DNA of 64,000 nucleotides from Acidobacteriota bacterium (GTDB lineage Bacteria; Acidobacteriota; UBA6911; RPQK01; JADFOI01), in assembly GCA_963663035.1 (NCBI GenBank), contig OY760074.1:1920001-1984000 (forward strand). The letters are read 5' to 3'. Of the stretch, positions 9,912-20,106 are shown piece after piece. The position numbers and the translations under genes were made by a program. Position 1 is the first letter of the stretch; every line of letters starts with the position of its first letter. The notes under the pieces are model-generated. The model searched no databases. It saw only the letters and a list, made by a program, of their open reading frames with translations, and was not told the DNA's origin.

Positions 9912-11178
9912 TGACCTTGCCCCCTAAAACGAGTCCAGTTTGAATGTTAGGATTTCCGGTTTAGGAAGGAGGCAAGGATGGCAGGGAAGCGGTTTAGGGC
10001 AGAACAGATCATCATGAAGCTGCGTGAGGCAGAGGTGGGTCTGGCCCAAGGACAGAGGGTGGGACAGGTGTCGAAGCAGATGGGGGTGAGCGAGCAGACC
10101 TACTACCGGTGGCGCAAAGAGTACGGAGGGCTCCGGTTGGACCAGGCCAAGAGGTTGAAGGTGTTGGAGAAGGAGAATACCCGGTTGAAGAAGCTGGTGG
10201 CGGATCTGTCTTTGGACAAGCAGATCCTGAAGGAAGTGTCCTCGGGAAACTTCTAGGCCCGGCGAACAGGAGACGAGCGGTGATGTGGGTACGAGAGCGA
10301 TTAGGAGCAGAGCGAGTCTCCGAACGTCGGGCCTGCCAAGTGCTGGGACAGGTTCGATCGACCCAGCGAAGGGAAAGGCAAATTCCCGATGATGAGGCCC
10401 GATTGGTGGCCCGGATGGTGGAGTTGGCTACGCAATACGGGCGTTATGGCTACCGGCGGGTCACGGCGATACTTCATGGGGAAGGGTGGAAGGTGAATCC
10501 TAAGCGGGTGGAGAGGCTGTGGAGACAAGAAGGGCTGAAAGTCCCGTCCAGACAGCCGAAACGAAGGAGGCTGTGGCTTAATGACGGTTCCTGTGTTCGG
10601 TTACGAGCGGCTCGCAAGAACCACGTCTGGAGCTATGATTTCGTGCATGAACGGACCCATGATGGGCGAGCCTTTCGGCTATTGACGATCCTGGATGAGT
10701 ACACCAGAGAGTGCCTCGCCATTGATGTGAAACGGCAGATGAATCACCAAGACGTGTTGGACCGGCTGGCGGAGTTATTCGTTGATCGGGGAGTGCCTGA
10801 GTTTATCCGGTCCGATAACGGATCGGAGTTTACGGCACAGGCGGTCCGGGACTGGCTGCAGGCTGTTGGGGTAAGGACCTTGTACATCGAGCCGGGCAGC
10901 CCCTGGGAGAATGGGTACATTGAGAGTTTCAACGGGAAACTACGGGATGAGCTGCTGAACATGGAGATCTTCGACACGCTGGGGGAAGCCAAGGTGTTGG
11001 TAGAACGCTGGCGGAGGGATTACAATCAGATCCGGCCTCACAGCGCCTTGGCCTATCGGCCGCCGGCGCCAGAGGCCAAACTACCTAGGTCGCAGGCACT
11101 GGATCCAATCCCTTGGAGTGGACTTCAAATGGTCCCGGGTCTAGCATAGAGGGTGGACTCGTTCGTGGGGGCAGGTCA
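9912..11178 (+). mobile_element. IS3-family insertion sequence, complete copy
   Basis: TG..CA ends; IRL TGACCTTGCCCCCTAAAACGAGTCCA and IRR TGGACTCGTTCGTGGGGGCAGGTCA; orfA/orfB; no target duplication visible. Confidence 0.95.
9978..11149 (+). CDS. IS3 transposase OrfAB (orfA 9978-10256; orfB in -1 frame)
   Basis: HTH orfA; DDE orfB ([21 protein letters not shown]); slippery G GGA AAC at 10244-10250. Confidence 0.93.
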
Positions 11179-11438
11179 TCCTGGCATCGTCTTATCCCGA
11201 ACAAAAGCTCTTCGCATTACTGATGCACCGTCTGTGTCCCACCTGACGGTCCCCTGACTCCCTGCGCCAACACAGATATACAGCCCCCTGCGGGCCGAGC
11301 TGTTTCCGGAAGGGGCTCTCGCTTCATCTCTATTCGGCTCAACAAGCTTGGACGCCTTGTAATCGCACCTGAACACACTCTCAGCCCTGAACTTCCGCAG
11401 AAAATCGACACTCACCCCAAACTTATGAATAATTGCGG

Positions 11439-12030
11439 TTAGGATTCACCTTCCACCCTTCCCCATGAAGTATCGCCGTGACCCGCCGGTAGCCATAACG
11501 CCCGTATTGCGTAGCCAACTCCACCATCCGGGCCACCAATCGGGCCTCATCATCGGGAATTTGCCTTTCCCTTCGCTGGGTCGATCGAACCTGTCCCAGC
11601 ACTTGGCAGGCCCGACGTTCGGAGACTCGCTCTGCTCCTAATCGCTCTCGTACCCACATCACCGCTCGTCTCCTGTTCGCCGGGCCTAGAAGTTTCCCGA
11701 GGACACTTCCTTCAGGATCTGCTTGTCCAAAGACAGATCCGCCACCAGCTTCTTCAACCGGGTATTCTCCTTCTCCAACACCTTCAACCTCTTGGCCTGG
11801 TCCAACCGGAGCCCTCCGTACTCTTTGCGCCACCGGTAGTAGGTCTGCTCGCTCACCCCCATCTGCTTCGACACCTGTCCCACCCTCTGTCCTTGGGCCA
11901 GACCCACCTCTGCCTCACGCAGCTTCATGATGATCTGTTCTGCCCTAAACCGCTTCCCTGCCATCCTTGCCTCCTTCCTAAACCGGAAATCCTAACATTC
12001 AAACTGGACTCGTTTTAGGGGGCAAGGTCA
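11439..12030 (-). mobile_element. Truncated inverted IS3 copy (IRL, intact orfA 11686-11964, partial orfB)
   Basis: 592 bp matching the reverse complement of 9912-10503; breaks off after GGKVNP-equivalent codons (..GWKVNP). Confidence 0.93.
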
Positions 12031-13357
12031 CAGCTACATGGCCCGCCTGAAGGCTGCTGAGCTCAAGCGGCTGCTGGAGTCGGGAGCTATTGACTACATC
12101 ACGTTGGACGTTCCTATCCGGGCCGTTGAGCCGGTCATGTTTGACCCTCCAAACGGTGCCACCCAGGCAAGTCGTGGGGCCGAGATCGACAACGGGAATC
12201 GAAATCCTTTTCTGGCAGCCATCGGAGCCGATCAGGTGCAGAGCGCGGGTTACACGGGGAAAGGCGTCACAGTGGCTGTTTTTGACTCTGGCATCAGCGG
12301 CCATCCGGATCTCGACCCTTCGAGAATCCTGGCCTCCATCGACTTGACCTCGGGCACACCAGTTTTCTTAGAAGGCCATCGGGATCAATATGGCCACGGT
12401 ACCGCGGTCGCCGGAATAGTAGGGGGAACGGGTCAAGAATCAGGAGGAGCCTATACCGGCACAGCACCAGGGACAACGTTTGTGGACCTTAAAGTGGTGG
12501 GAGCAGACGGTAGCGGACTCACCAGCGACCTGATCAAAGCGATTCAGTGGGTCATTGAGAACAAGGACGTCTACAATATTCAAGTGGCCAATCTCTCGGT
12601 CGGCCATCCTCCCGTAGAATCCTACACGACAGATCCACTGGCCCAGGCAGTTGAGCAGATGGTGGCATCCGGAATTGTCACCGTGGCTTCAGGAGGTAAT
12701 CTGGGGAAGACCTCTGAATACCCTGAGATCTGGGGAGCCATCAACAGCCCCGCCAATGATCCCGCGGTGATTACGGTCTATCCTATGAATACCGGTGGGA
12801 CAGCCACTCTTACCGATGACATCCCTACAAGTTACGGATCGCGTGGGCCCACCTACTTGGATCAGCTTTTCAAGCCCGACCTGGCAGCACCTGGCAACAA
12901 GATCCCCACACTCTTGTCCACGGGAAGCAATATCAACCTGGCCCAGCCCGAACTCCAGATTGATGAGAACTACATCACTTTGAGTGGAGCAAGCATGGCT
13001 ACTCCGTTTGTGACGGGGACAGTTGCCCTGATGCTGGAAGCCAATCCCGATCTGAATCCCAACATCACGAAGCTCATTCTTCTGGCCAGTGCTATCAAGC
13101 CGGAGGCTCACCCGTTGGAACAGGGCAACGGATTCGTGAATGCCCTGACGGCTGTCCAACTGGCCGAGTCCATCGACATGAACAGCCACCAGCTCACGGC
13201 TGCGGTGTCTTCCCAATGGTCCCTCGACGGCGAAGAAATGCGGGCTGGTGGGGCCTTTGTCTACGGTGATGAGATTATCTTTAGCCCCTGGCAAACAGGT
13301 AGCGATACTGACAGTGACTCCATCCTTTGGGGGGACTCCATCCTTTGGGGAGACTGA
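12031..13357 (+). pseudogene. S8 subtilisin-like (AprX-type) serine peptidase, N-terminally truncated by IS3, with C-terminal WGD repeats
   Basis: Triad VAVFDSG / GHGTAVAG / SGASMATP; begins mid-propeptide right at the IS end, no signal peptide; ends DSILWGDSILWGD. Confidence 0.85.
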
Positions 13358-13435
13358 GAACACTCTTAAGGTGGATCGTTAAATATGTTAGCTGAAACCA
13401 TATCTGCAACTGGAACTTTTGAAAGGAGAAGAAAG

Positions 13436-13465
13436 ATGAAATTCGTAGTTTATTGGGGAGACTAA
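13436..13465 (+). CDS. Putative micropeptide MKFVVYWGD
   Basis: AAGGAG at 13423-13428, 7 nt spacer, ATG AAA TTC GTA GTT TAT TGG GGA GAC TAA; same WGD-stop ending as the upstream peptidase. Confidence 0.65.
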   Translation: MKFVVYWGD

Positions 13466-13956
13466 GCACTCGCCCACTCAGAAGAATCATTCCGTGAATG
13501 GTCATCAGAGGTTAACGGATCAGATGAGCACCTCTCCGCTTTGTGAGGGTGCTCCTGAGTGTTTATTGTCAACCATTCCCGCATTTACACTATAGGGGCG
13601 ATTGCAGGGCAACACGACAAGGAAAAGTGCGCCCTCTAACCCCTAAGAGTTCTAGCGGCCTTGAGAGTCCAACCTGCCAGCCGACGTCAAGTTGGCTTCC
13701 AGTACTCCACAGTAGTCCCGGTGGAAGTTCGAATCCTTCCCCGATAAGTGATCCCCTATCCGAATCTGAACTAGAAAGTACTTGGCGATTGGCAAGCTAA
13801 AGTAGTACAATAGAGGAGTTTATGAGCACGCATCTGAGCGTGGGGAGAGCGAGACTGGGAAGACAACACACGGATTGAATCGCCCCTCTTTACAGACTCT
13901 TTCCAGAGGGTTGAATCCTTTGGGTAGAGAACTGTAGGACGAGTCGTAAAGCCGGT

Positions 13957-16437
13957 ATGACTTATTTCGACAAGAACATGCCCTTTCGGGCAAAACTATA
14001 TATTCTGTCCGTTATTGGATTCGGATCGGTCATACTTGGCTATTCCCTATTCTATTCGGTCACTAATTCAGATCTTCGGTGGCTGTACCTCGCCTGCCTG
14101 ACTGTCTTCGGAAGTTCTTTCCCAGTACGGATTCCATCCTTTAAGCGAAAATCTCAACCGGTCGTAGTTACAACCAGTGACGTTTTCATTTTCACGGCTA
14201 TTCTGCTCTTTAGCCCGGAAGTTGCTGTCGCGATCGCAGCAGTCGACAGTGGCCGGGCTACGGCTGTCTCATTGACATCAAAGCGACCGTACAAAATCGC
14301 TTTCAATCTAGCACAGCTTTCGATCGTGACATTCGTCGTGGGGCACATCTTCTATCAGTTGCACGGAAGCTCTCCTCCTCTTAATTCTTCTGCGGTTGAC
14401 CTCACAAGCTTCTTTCTCCCATTGGGGTTGTGCTCTATTCTGTATTTCGTTCTCAACAGTGGAGCCGTGGCCACCGCAATTGCTTTAACCCTCAAACAAC
14501 CCATTTTTACCGCCTGGAAAAGAGACTTCTTGTGGGTTGCATTGACCACTTTTGCCGGAGCTTCGGCGGCGGCCCTGATTTTTCTCTATTTTAAGGCGAC
14601 GCCCTTCTTTGCAGTCGCCGTGGCCGCCCCGATCGTCTTAATCATCTACTACGCTTACAAGATAAACCTGGAACGTTTCACCCAGGCTCAGACCCACGTA
14701 GCTCAGCTCAATGAGCTCTATCACTCGACCGTCGAATCGTTGGCCATGGCCATCGATGCCAAGGACGCGAAAACCCATGGCCATATTCAGCGGGTCCAGA
14801 CCCTGACTCTTCGCCTGGCCGAATACTGCGGGATGACTGACGAAAATGAGATTGAAGGGCTTCGGGCAGCCTCTCTTATGCACGACATCGGCAAACTGGC
14901 CATTTCCGAGTACATCCTCAACAAACCTTCCGCCCTGAACAAGTGGGAGATGCAGAAGATGCGTAAGCACCCCACCATTGGCGCTGATATCATCAGCCGG
15001 GTTCCCTTTCCTTATCCCGTCGAAATGTTCGTGCGCCATCATCATGAGAAATGGGACGGAACCGGATACCCGGAAGGGCTCAAGGGAGAGGAAATTTCAC
15101 TGGGTGCCAGAATCCTTTCTGTTGCTGACTGCTACGACGCCCTGCGTTCCGATCGGCCCTATCGACCCAAGATGACGTCTCAGGTTGCCATTGAAACCAT
15201 CAAGTCGGAATGCGGCAAGTCTTACGATCCGGCCGTCGTCAAGGAACTGCTTGAACACGTCGGCGAGTTGGAAGAAGCCATGAGAGAAGCGCAGGTACAA
15301 GTCTCCTCCGAAGTTGAATCCGGTCTGGAAGAAAAGACTGCAAGCGCTTCCCAGAGGAAGAAGCGCGCAGAACTCGATACCACCGTCTTCCATGAGATCG
15401 CTTCTACCCACATAGAAATTCAAGCTCTTTACGAGATCTCCCGGGTACTGGGAAAATCTCTGAAGGTCTCGGACACTCTTTCGCTTCTGGCTGAGAAGAT
15501 CCAAAAACTGGTTCCCTACGCCTCCTGCGTCATTTTTCTTATGGACTCTCAGACCGATAAGGTCATTCCGTATCATACTGCAGGGTTGCACGCCGAGCTT
15601 CTTGAAGGCATGGAACTCAGGGTAGGTGACGGCATCACAGGGTGGGTGGCCGCTCACAAGCAGTACCTGATGAACGTCTCACCAGCTCCTGATTTCATGG
15701 ACTTCGAGGAGTTACGCTCCGCCTACCGGACCTGTCTGGTCATGCCTCTGTCTCTGAACAACAGCATCGTAGGGGTCATCTCGCTCTACGCAGATCAGTC
15801 TGAGGACTATCATCAAGATCATCTCCGCTTTATGGAGACCATCGCCGATCACGCGGCCACAGCGATCAGAAATGCCATCATTTACGAAGAGACAGAGGAG
15901 AACGCTTATACCGACGTGCTAACAGGACTTCCCAACCTGCGCTACTTCCACGTTGTCATCGAGCGGGAAATCAAGCGCTTTTCCCACCTGGGACAGTCGG
16001 TCACCCTTCTCATGATGGACTTGGAATCTTTCAAGCAAGTCAACGACACGTACGGCCACAGGGTCGGCGACCGGATTCTGACCGATATCGCTCACCTTTT
16101 GCGCGAGCACCTGCGCGACTCAGACACCTGCGTTCGCTATGCCGGGGACGAGTTCATCGCCATCCTGCCTGGTGTGGGCAAGGAGAATGCCAAATACGCC
16201 ATTGAACGCATTCAAAAAGCCTTCGATGCCCATCAAATCATAATCGACGAACACAACACCGCTCAGGTCGGCGTCAGTATCGGAGCGGCGACCTTTCCGG
16301 AAGATGGAAGAGAACCTGATATGCTTCTTGTGGTAGCGGACCAGGCCATGTACAAAAACAAGTCGGAGCGTACACAGCGAAAGCAATACCCATCGGAAGT
16401 GATCAGCTTCGAAAAGGGTGCGGACAAGTCCTCGTAA
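13957..16437 (+). CDS. Multi-TM sensor + HD-GYP + GAF + GGDEF c-di-GMP turnover protein
   Basis: About 7-8 TM N-terminus; HDIGK, HHEKWDGTGYP, ADCYDAL; GAF; RDSD I-site and RYAGDEF. Confidence 0.93.
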   Translation: MTYFDKNMPFRAKLYILSVIGFGSVILGYSLFYSVTNSDLRWLYLACLTVFGSSFPVRIPSFKRKSQPVVVTTSDVFIFTAILLFSPEVAVAIAAVDSGRATAVSLTSKRPYKIAFNLAQLSIVTFVVGHIFYQLHGSSPPLNSSAVDLTSFFLPLGLCSILYFVLNSGAVATAIALTLKQPIFTAWKRDFLWVALTTFAGASAAALIFLYFKATPFFAVAVAAPIVLIIYYAYKINLERFTQAQTHVAQLNELYHSTVESLAMAIDAKDAKTHGHIQRVQTLTLRLAEYCGMTDENEIEGLRAASLMHDIGKLAISEYILNKPSALNKWEMQKMRKHPTIGADIISRVPFPYPVEMFVRHHHEKWDGTGYPEGLKGEEISLGARILSVADCYDALRSDRPYRPKMTSQVAIETIKSECGKSYDPAVVKELLEHVGELEEAMREAQVQVSSEVESGLEEKTASASQRKKRAELDTTVFHEIASTHIEIQALYEISRVLGKSLKVSDTLSLLAEKIQKLVPYASCVIFLMDSQTDKVIPYHTAGLHAELLEGMELRVGDGITGWVAAHKQYLMNVSPAPDFMDFEELRSAYRTCLVMPLSLNNSIVGVISLYADQSEDYHQDHLRFMETIADHAATAIRNAIIYEETEENAYTDVLTGLPNLRYFHVVIEREIKRFSHLGQSVTLLMMDLESFKQVNDTYGHRVGDRILTDIAHLLREHLRDSDTCVRYAGDEFIAILPGVGKENAKYAIERIQKAFDAHQIIIDEHNTAQVGVSIGAATFPEDGREPDMLLVVADQAMYKNKSERTQRKQYPSEVISFEKGADKSS

Positions 16438-16443
16438 CTCTCG

Positions 16444-17289
16444 TTGATCAGCATCATCCTTCCAACCTTCAACCGACGCCAGTTTCTGAGCCGCGCCATC
16501 CAGTCGGTGCTCGAGCAAACCTTCCAGGACTGGGAACTCATCGTTGTCGATGACGGCTCCCAGGATGAGAGTCGGCAAGTTGTTCAAGATCTCCACGATG
16601 ACCGCATTCACTACTTCTACCAGGCAAACAGCGGGGTCAGTGCAGCCCGCAACGCCGGCATTCGCCTGGCACGTCATCCCTGGATTTGCTTTCTGGACAG
16701 CGATGATCACTGGAAACCTGCCAAGCTGCAGCGGCAGCTCCAAGAGCTAGAGCGACGACCTCAATACCTGGTCATCTACACCGATGAGACCTGGATTCGC
16801 CGCGGGCGAAGAGTTAATCCCAGAAAGATCCACCGCAAATACAGCGGATGGATCTACCACCGGTGTCTCCCTCTGTGCATTATCAGCCCCAGTTCGGTGT
16901 TGCTTCACCGGGGTGTCCTGGAACGGGAGGGCCTCTTCGACGAAACTTTTCCGGTGTGTGAGGACTACGAGATGTGGCTGAGGATTTCTTCCAGGCAACC
17001 CATCTTTTTCCTGGATGAGCCGCTCATTGTAAAGGTGGGAGGGCATCCCGACCAGCTGTCACACAGCTTGTGGGGACTGGACCGCTATCGCGTACAGGCA
17101 CTGATCAAGATTTACTCCTCGAACCGTCTCACGCCGCAACAGCAATTCTGGACGGCCGGCCAGATTGTCGAAAAACTGACGATACTGGCCACCGGATTTG
17201 CCAATCGGGGCAAATCGAGGGAAGCAGCGAGATATCGGAAAATGATCCGAGAGTGGTCCTGCCAGCTGGAGAATGAAGGCCGTGGTTAA
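16444..17289 (+). CDS. Glycosyltransferase family 2
   Basis: SIILPTFNR, VVDDGS, SAARNAG, FLDSDD, EDYEMWLR. Confidence 0.93.
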   Translation: MISIILPTFNRRQFLSRAIQSVLEQTFQDWELIVVDDGSQDESRQVVQDLHDDRIHYFYQANSGVSAARNAGIRLARHPWICFLDSDDHWKPAKLQRQLQELERRPQYLVIYTDETWIRRGRRVNPRKIHRKYSGWIYHRCLPLCIISPSSVLLHRGVLEREGLFDETFPVCEDYEMWLRISSRQPIFFLDEPLIVKVGGHPDQLSHSLWGLDRYRVQALIKIYSSNRLTPQQQFWTAGQIVEKLTILATGFANRGKSREAARYRKMIREWSCQLENEGRG

Positions 17290-18245
17290 CCGCCAGCCTC
17301 CGACTGGTTGGCGCTGCTCAGCAGCTCCGGGGCAAAATACCCCTTCCGATGTCGGAGTCTCACGCCATCCCGGTTCACCTTCACTTCGATCTCGCGAAAG
17401 GTCCCATCTCTAACTTTATTGGTTGGAACGTAAGTCAGATTGTACTGACTGCGCAACTCCTGGTCCACGTCCTGGAAGGCGGAGGCGAGCCGGTCGGTCG
17501 AATAGGGGAAAAAGGCGGTGCCACCGGTAACTTCTGTTAACTGCCTCAGAGCATTGTCTCCTTCATGGTCGATGTCTGCGCCGAAGCGGGTGGTGCTAAT
17601 AGCATAGACGGTGATCTCGGCCTGGTAGGCCATGCGGAGCATCTCCTCAAAAGAGTGCTTGCTGGTGAGGTCGGCTCCGTCAGAGAGGATGATGACCGTC
17701 TTACGCCCCGGCTCATTCAACATCTTCTGTTCCGCCACCAGGTACACGGCATCATAGAGAGAAGTCCCGCCTCCTGCTTTCAACAACTTGATCTCCCGGA
17801 CCAAATCGTTGGGGTTGGAAGTAAAATCGTGAACGAGGGTCACCCCAGTATCGAATTCCACAAGCAGTGCCCTGTCGATGGGGCGCATGACAGAGTAGAG
17901 GAAATCGATAGCCGCGTCCTTTTCAAAGCCCAACTTGAGTCTGACGCTGGAACTGGTGTCCACGCAAAGAGCGATGGTCAAGGAGAGACCCGTCTGCTGG
18001 GTGAAGTTTGTGATCGTTTGCAGAACTCCATCCTCATAGATCTGAAAATCCTCCTTTGTCAGATCCGTGACAAACTTGTGCGACTCTTCGTCGTGGACCG
18101 CTGCCAGGACGTTGACCGCATCCACTTCGACTCGAAAAGGAGCCTGCCCCTCCCCTTCGGCCGCGCCCTGCTGTGCCTCCACCCCGCTAAGAGAAAGACA
18201 GAACAGCAAGAAAATGGCCATCGGTATCCATGTCAAGACCTTCAT
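17286..18245 (-). CDS. VWA-domain protein (Acidobacteria-type)
   Basis: Signal peptide, DLTKEDF.IYEDG, MIDAS DTSSS, GTSLYDA, LSDG, ELRSQY. Confidence 0.9.
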   Translation of the reverse strand: MKVLTWIPMAIFLLFCLSLSGVEAQQGAAEGEGQAPFRVEVDAVNVLAAVHDEESHKFVTDLTKEDFQIYEDGVLQTITNFTQQTGLSLTIALCVDTSSSVRLKLGFEKDAAIDFLYSVMRPIDRALLVEFDTGVTLVHDFTSNPNDLVREIKLLKAGGGTSLYDAVYLVAEQKMLNEPGRKTVIILSDGADLTSKHSFEEMLRMAYQAEITVYAISTTRFGADIDHEGDNALRQLTEVTGGTAFFPYSTDRLASAFQDVDQELRSQYNLTYVPTNKVRDGTFREIEVKVNRDGVRLRHRKGYFAPELLSSANQSEAGG

Positions 18246-18255
18246 TTCGTCTCTA

Positions 18256-19245
18256 TTATCCCAGAGCCGACAGGAACTCGGCAAGCTCCTTGGGCAGGGG
18301 GACCTCAAATGAGACTCTCTTCTTGCTTTCAGGATGAAGAAAGGCCAGATAGGCGGCATGAAGAAAGTGCCTCCCCAATTGGCGTATGGCCTCGGCCTGG
18401 CCCGGATCTTTCAGACGTTGAACCGCCTTTTTGCCGTAGGTCTCATCTCCCACAACGGGATGTCCGAGATGCTGAAAATGGACTCGTATTTGATGGGTCC
18501 GCCCTGTGTGAGGAAACACTTGAACATAGCTAAAATCCGGGTATGTGCGGAGCACTGCATACTTGGTGAGGGCACTCCGGCTCCGCCGGCCGCGCGTGGA
18601 CATTTTGGTACGTGCTCGAGGATCACGTCCAAGAGAAACATCCACAGTCCCTTCCTTCTCTTTCAGCCGTCCATGAACCAGAGCCAGATAACGCTTCTCG
18701 ACCTGACGTGCCTTGAACTGGCTGGCCACAAATTCGTGGGCCTGATCATTCTTGGCCACCACGATCAAGCCAGAAGTCGCCTTGTCCAAACGATGAACGA
18801 TCCCGGGGCGAATGGTTCCGGAGTGGCTGATCTCCTGAAAATGATGCAGCAGTGCGTTAGCCAGAGTGCCTTGCCGATTCCCCGCTCCGGGATGAACCAC
18901 CATTCCTGAGGGTTTATCAACGACCACCAGCACATCGTCCTCGTAGACGATGTGCACGGGGATCGGTTCGGGAACGAGCTCCACAGGCGCCGGCGCAGGA
19001 GGCACAACCAGAATCTGCTCACCCTCTTTGACCTGATAATTCGCCTTACGCCTTTCCCCCTGCACTGTCACATGACCCAACTCGATCCACCGCTGCAGAG
19101 CGCTGCGACTGAATTGTGCAAGTTTGTGCGACAAGAAGAGATCGAGCCTCTGGGTGGCTTCCTCCACGCTGACTCGTAAGAGGATGCTCTCAAACACGGC
19201 GGGTGGTTGGAATGGATTGGCTGCGGAAAAAGAGATAAGTCCCAA
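18256..19245 (-). CDS. rluD: RluA/RluD family pseudouridine synthase with S4 domain (true start probably ~50 nt downstream)
   Basis: RLD..L S4 domain, DKPSGMVVHP, HRLDKATSG, TGRTHQIR, FLHA. Confidence 0.92.
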   Translation of the reverse strand: MGLISFSAANPFQPPAVFESILLRVSVEEATQRLDLFLSHKLAQFSRSALQRWIELGHVTVQGERRKANYQVKEGEQILVVPPAPAPVELVPEPIPVHIVYEDDVLVVVDKPSGMVVHPGAGNRQGTLANALLHHFQEISHSGTIRPGIVHRLDKATSGLIVVAKNDQAHEFVASQFKARQVEKRYLALVHGRLKEKEGTVDVSLGRDPRARTKMSTRGRRSRSALTKYAVLRTYPDFSYVQVFPHTGRTHQIRVHFQHLGHPVVGDETYGKKAVQRLKDPGQAEAIRQLGRHFLHAAYLAFLHPESKKRVSFEVPLPKELAEFLSALG

Positions 19246-19993
19246 CTCCGGCAGGCACGATCAACAGGCTGATGAACTGGGATGTGGAAAGAGCACCACC
19301 GAACACGAATCCCCGGCCCATGTCTCCCCGGAAAAACTCCAGTAGAAAGCGAGCCACTCCGTAAAACACTAGATAGGAGGAAAACACCTGGCCAGTGAAG
19401 TGCCTCTTTTTGTAGATCCAAAGCAGGAGCCCAAAGATCAAGAGTGTCGTCCCAGCCTCGTACAGCTGGGTTGGATGCAGGGAAATGTTGATGGGCACTC
19501 CGATGTATTGGTGAGCGTACTCGCTGGTAAAGGTGACGGCCCACGGCAGCTCGACCGGTTTTCCGTAATCGCAGCCTGCTGCGAAACAACCCAGCCGTCC
19601 AATCGACTGTCCCAAGGCAATGGCTGGAGCAGCAGCGTCGGCGACGCGCCAAAAATTCAGCTGAGGCGTCCTCCAGATGAATATTGCGCAGCCTATGGTG
19701 GCCCCAATCAACCCGCCGTAAAAGACACCGCCCGCCTGCCAGAACTCCAGGGAAACCAGACGTGAAGGTCTATCAAGGTAGCCTCCAAGGTCTGTCAAGA
19801 CGAGAAGAACTTTGGCCCCGATCAAGGCAGAGAGAATGCTGACTAACCCCAGATCCCAGACCCGATGGACCGGGATACTATCCTTTTCAGCCAAACGTGC
19901 AGCTACCGTGATGGACACCAGGTAGGCCGTGGCCAGGAGCAAGCCATAGGTATGAAGCGTAACAGGCCCAATCTCAAAGAGTCGTGGAAACAT
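19190..19993 (-). CDS. lgt: Prolipoprotein diacylglyceryl transferase
   Basis: YG, FYGGLIG, GRLGCF, HPTQLYE, RFLLEFFR. Confidence 0.94.
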   Translation of the reverse strand: MFPRLFEIGPVTLHTYGLLLATAYLVSITVAARLAEKDSIPVHRVWDLGLVSILSALIGAKVLLVLTDLGGYLDRPSRLVSLEFWQAGGVFYGGLIGATIGCAIFIWRTPQLNFWRVADAAAPAIALGQSIGRLGCFAAGCDYGKPVELPWAVTFTSEYAHQYIGVPINISLHPTQLYEAGTTLLIFGLLLWIYKKRHFTGQVFSSYLVFYGVARFLLEFFRGDMGRGFVFGGALSTSQFISLLIVPAGVGTYLFFRSQSIPTTRRV

Positions 19994-20011
19994 GGGCTAG
20001 AAATATCTCCC

Positions 20012-20093
20012 GTGGGAGGCACCTCAGGTGCCGAACGGGCTCGCCCGAACGGGGTACATCCAAAGCGGATTCGGCACCTGAGGTGCCTCCCAC
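20012..20093. repeat. REPIN-like doublet (24-bp perfect inverted repeat, each arm itself a hairpin)
   Basis: GTGGGAGGCACCTCAGGTGCCGAA (20012-20035) and its reverse complement (20070-20093). Confidence 0.85.
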
Positions 20094-20106
20094 AAGCTCA
20101 GGCGCC

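Noticed and set aside
13600-13700. Possible c-di-GMP-I riboswitch upstream of the HD-GYP/GGDEF gene
   Set aside because: Only fragments (CCTAAG, GCCAGCC) resemble it; the GGCAAAC..GAAA..GACGCAAA core is absent.
13690-13745. tRNA fragment or attR of a tRNA-Ile island
   Set aside because: Only GTTCGAATCC matches; stems differ from tRNA-Ile and no cloverleaf forms.
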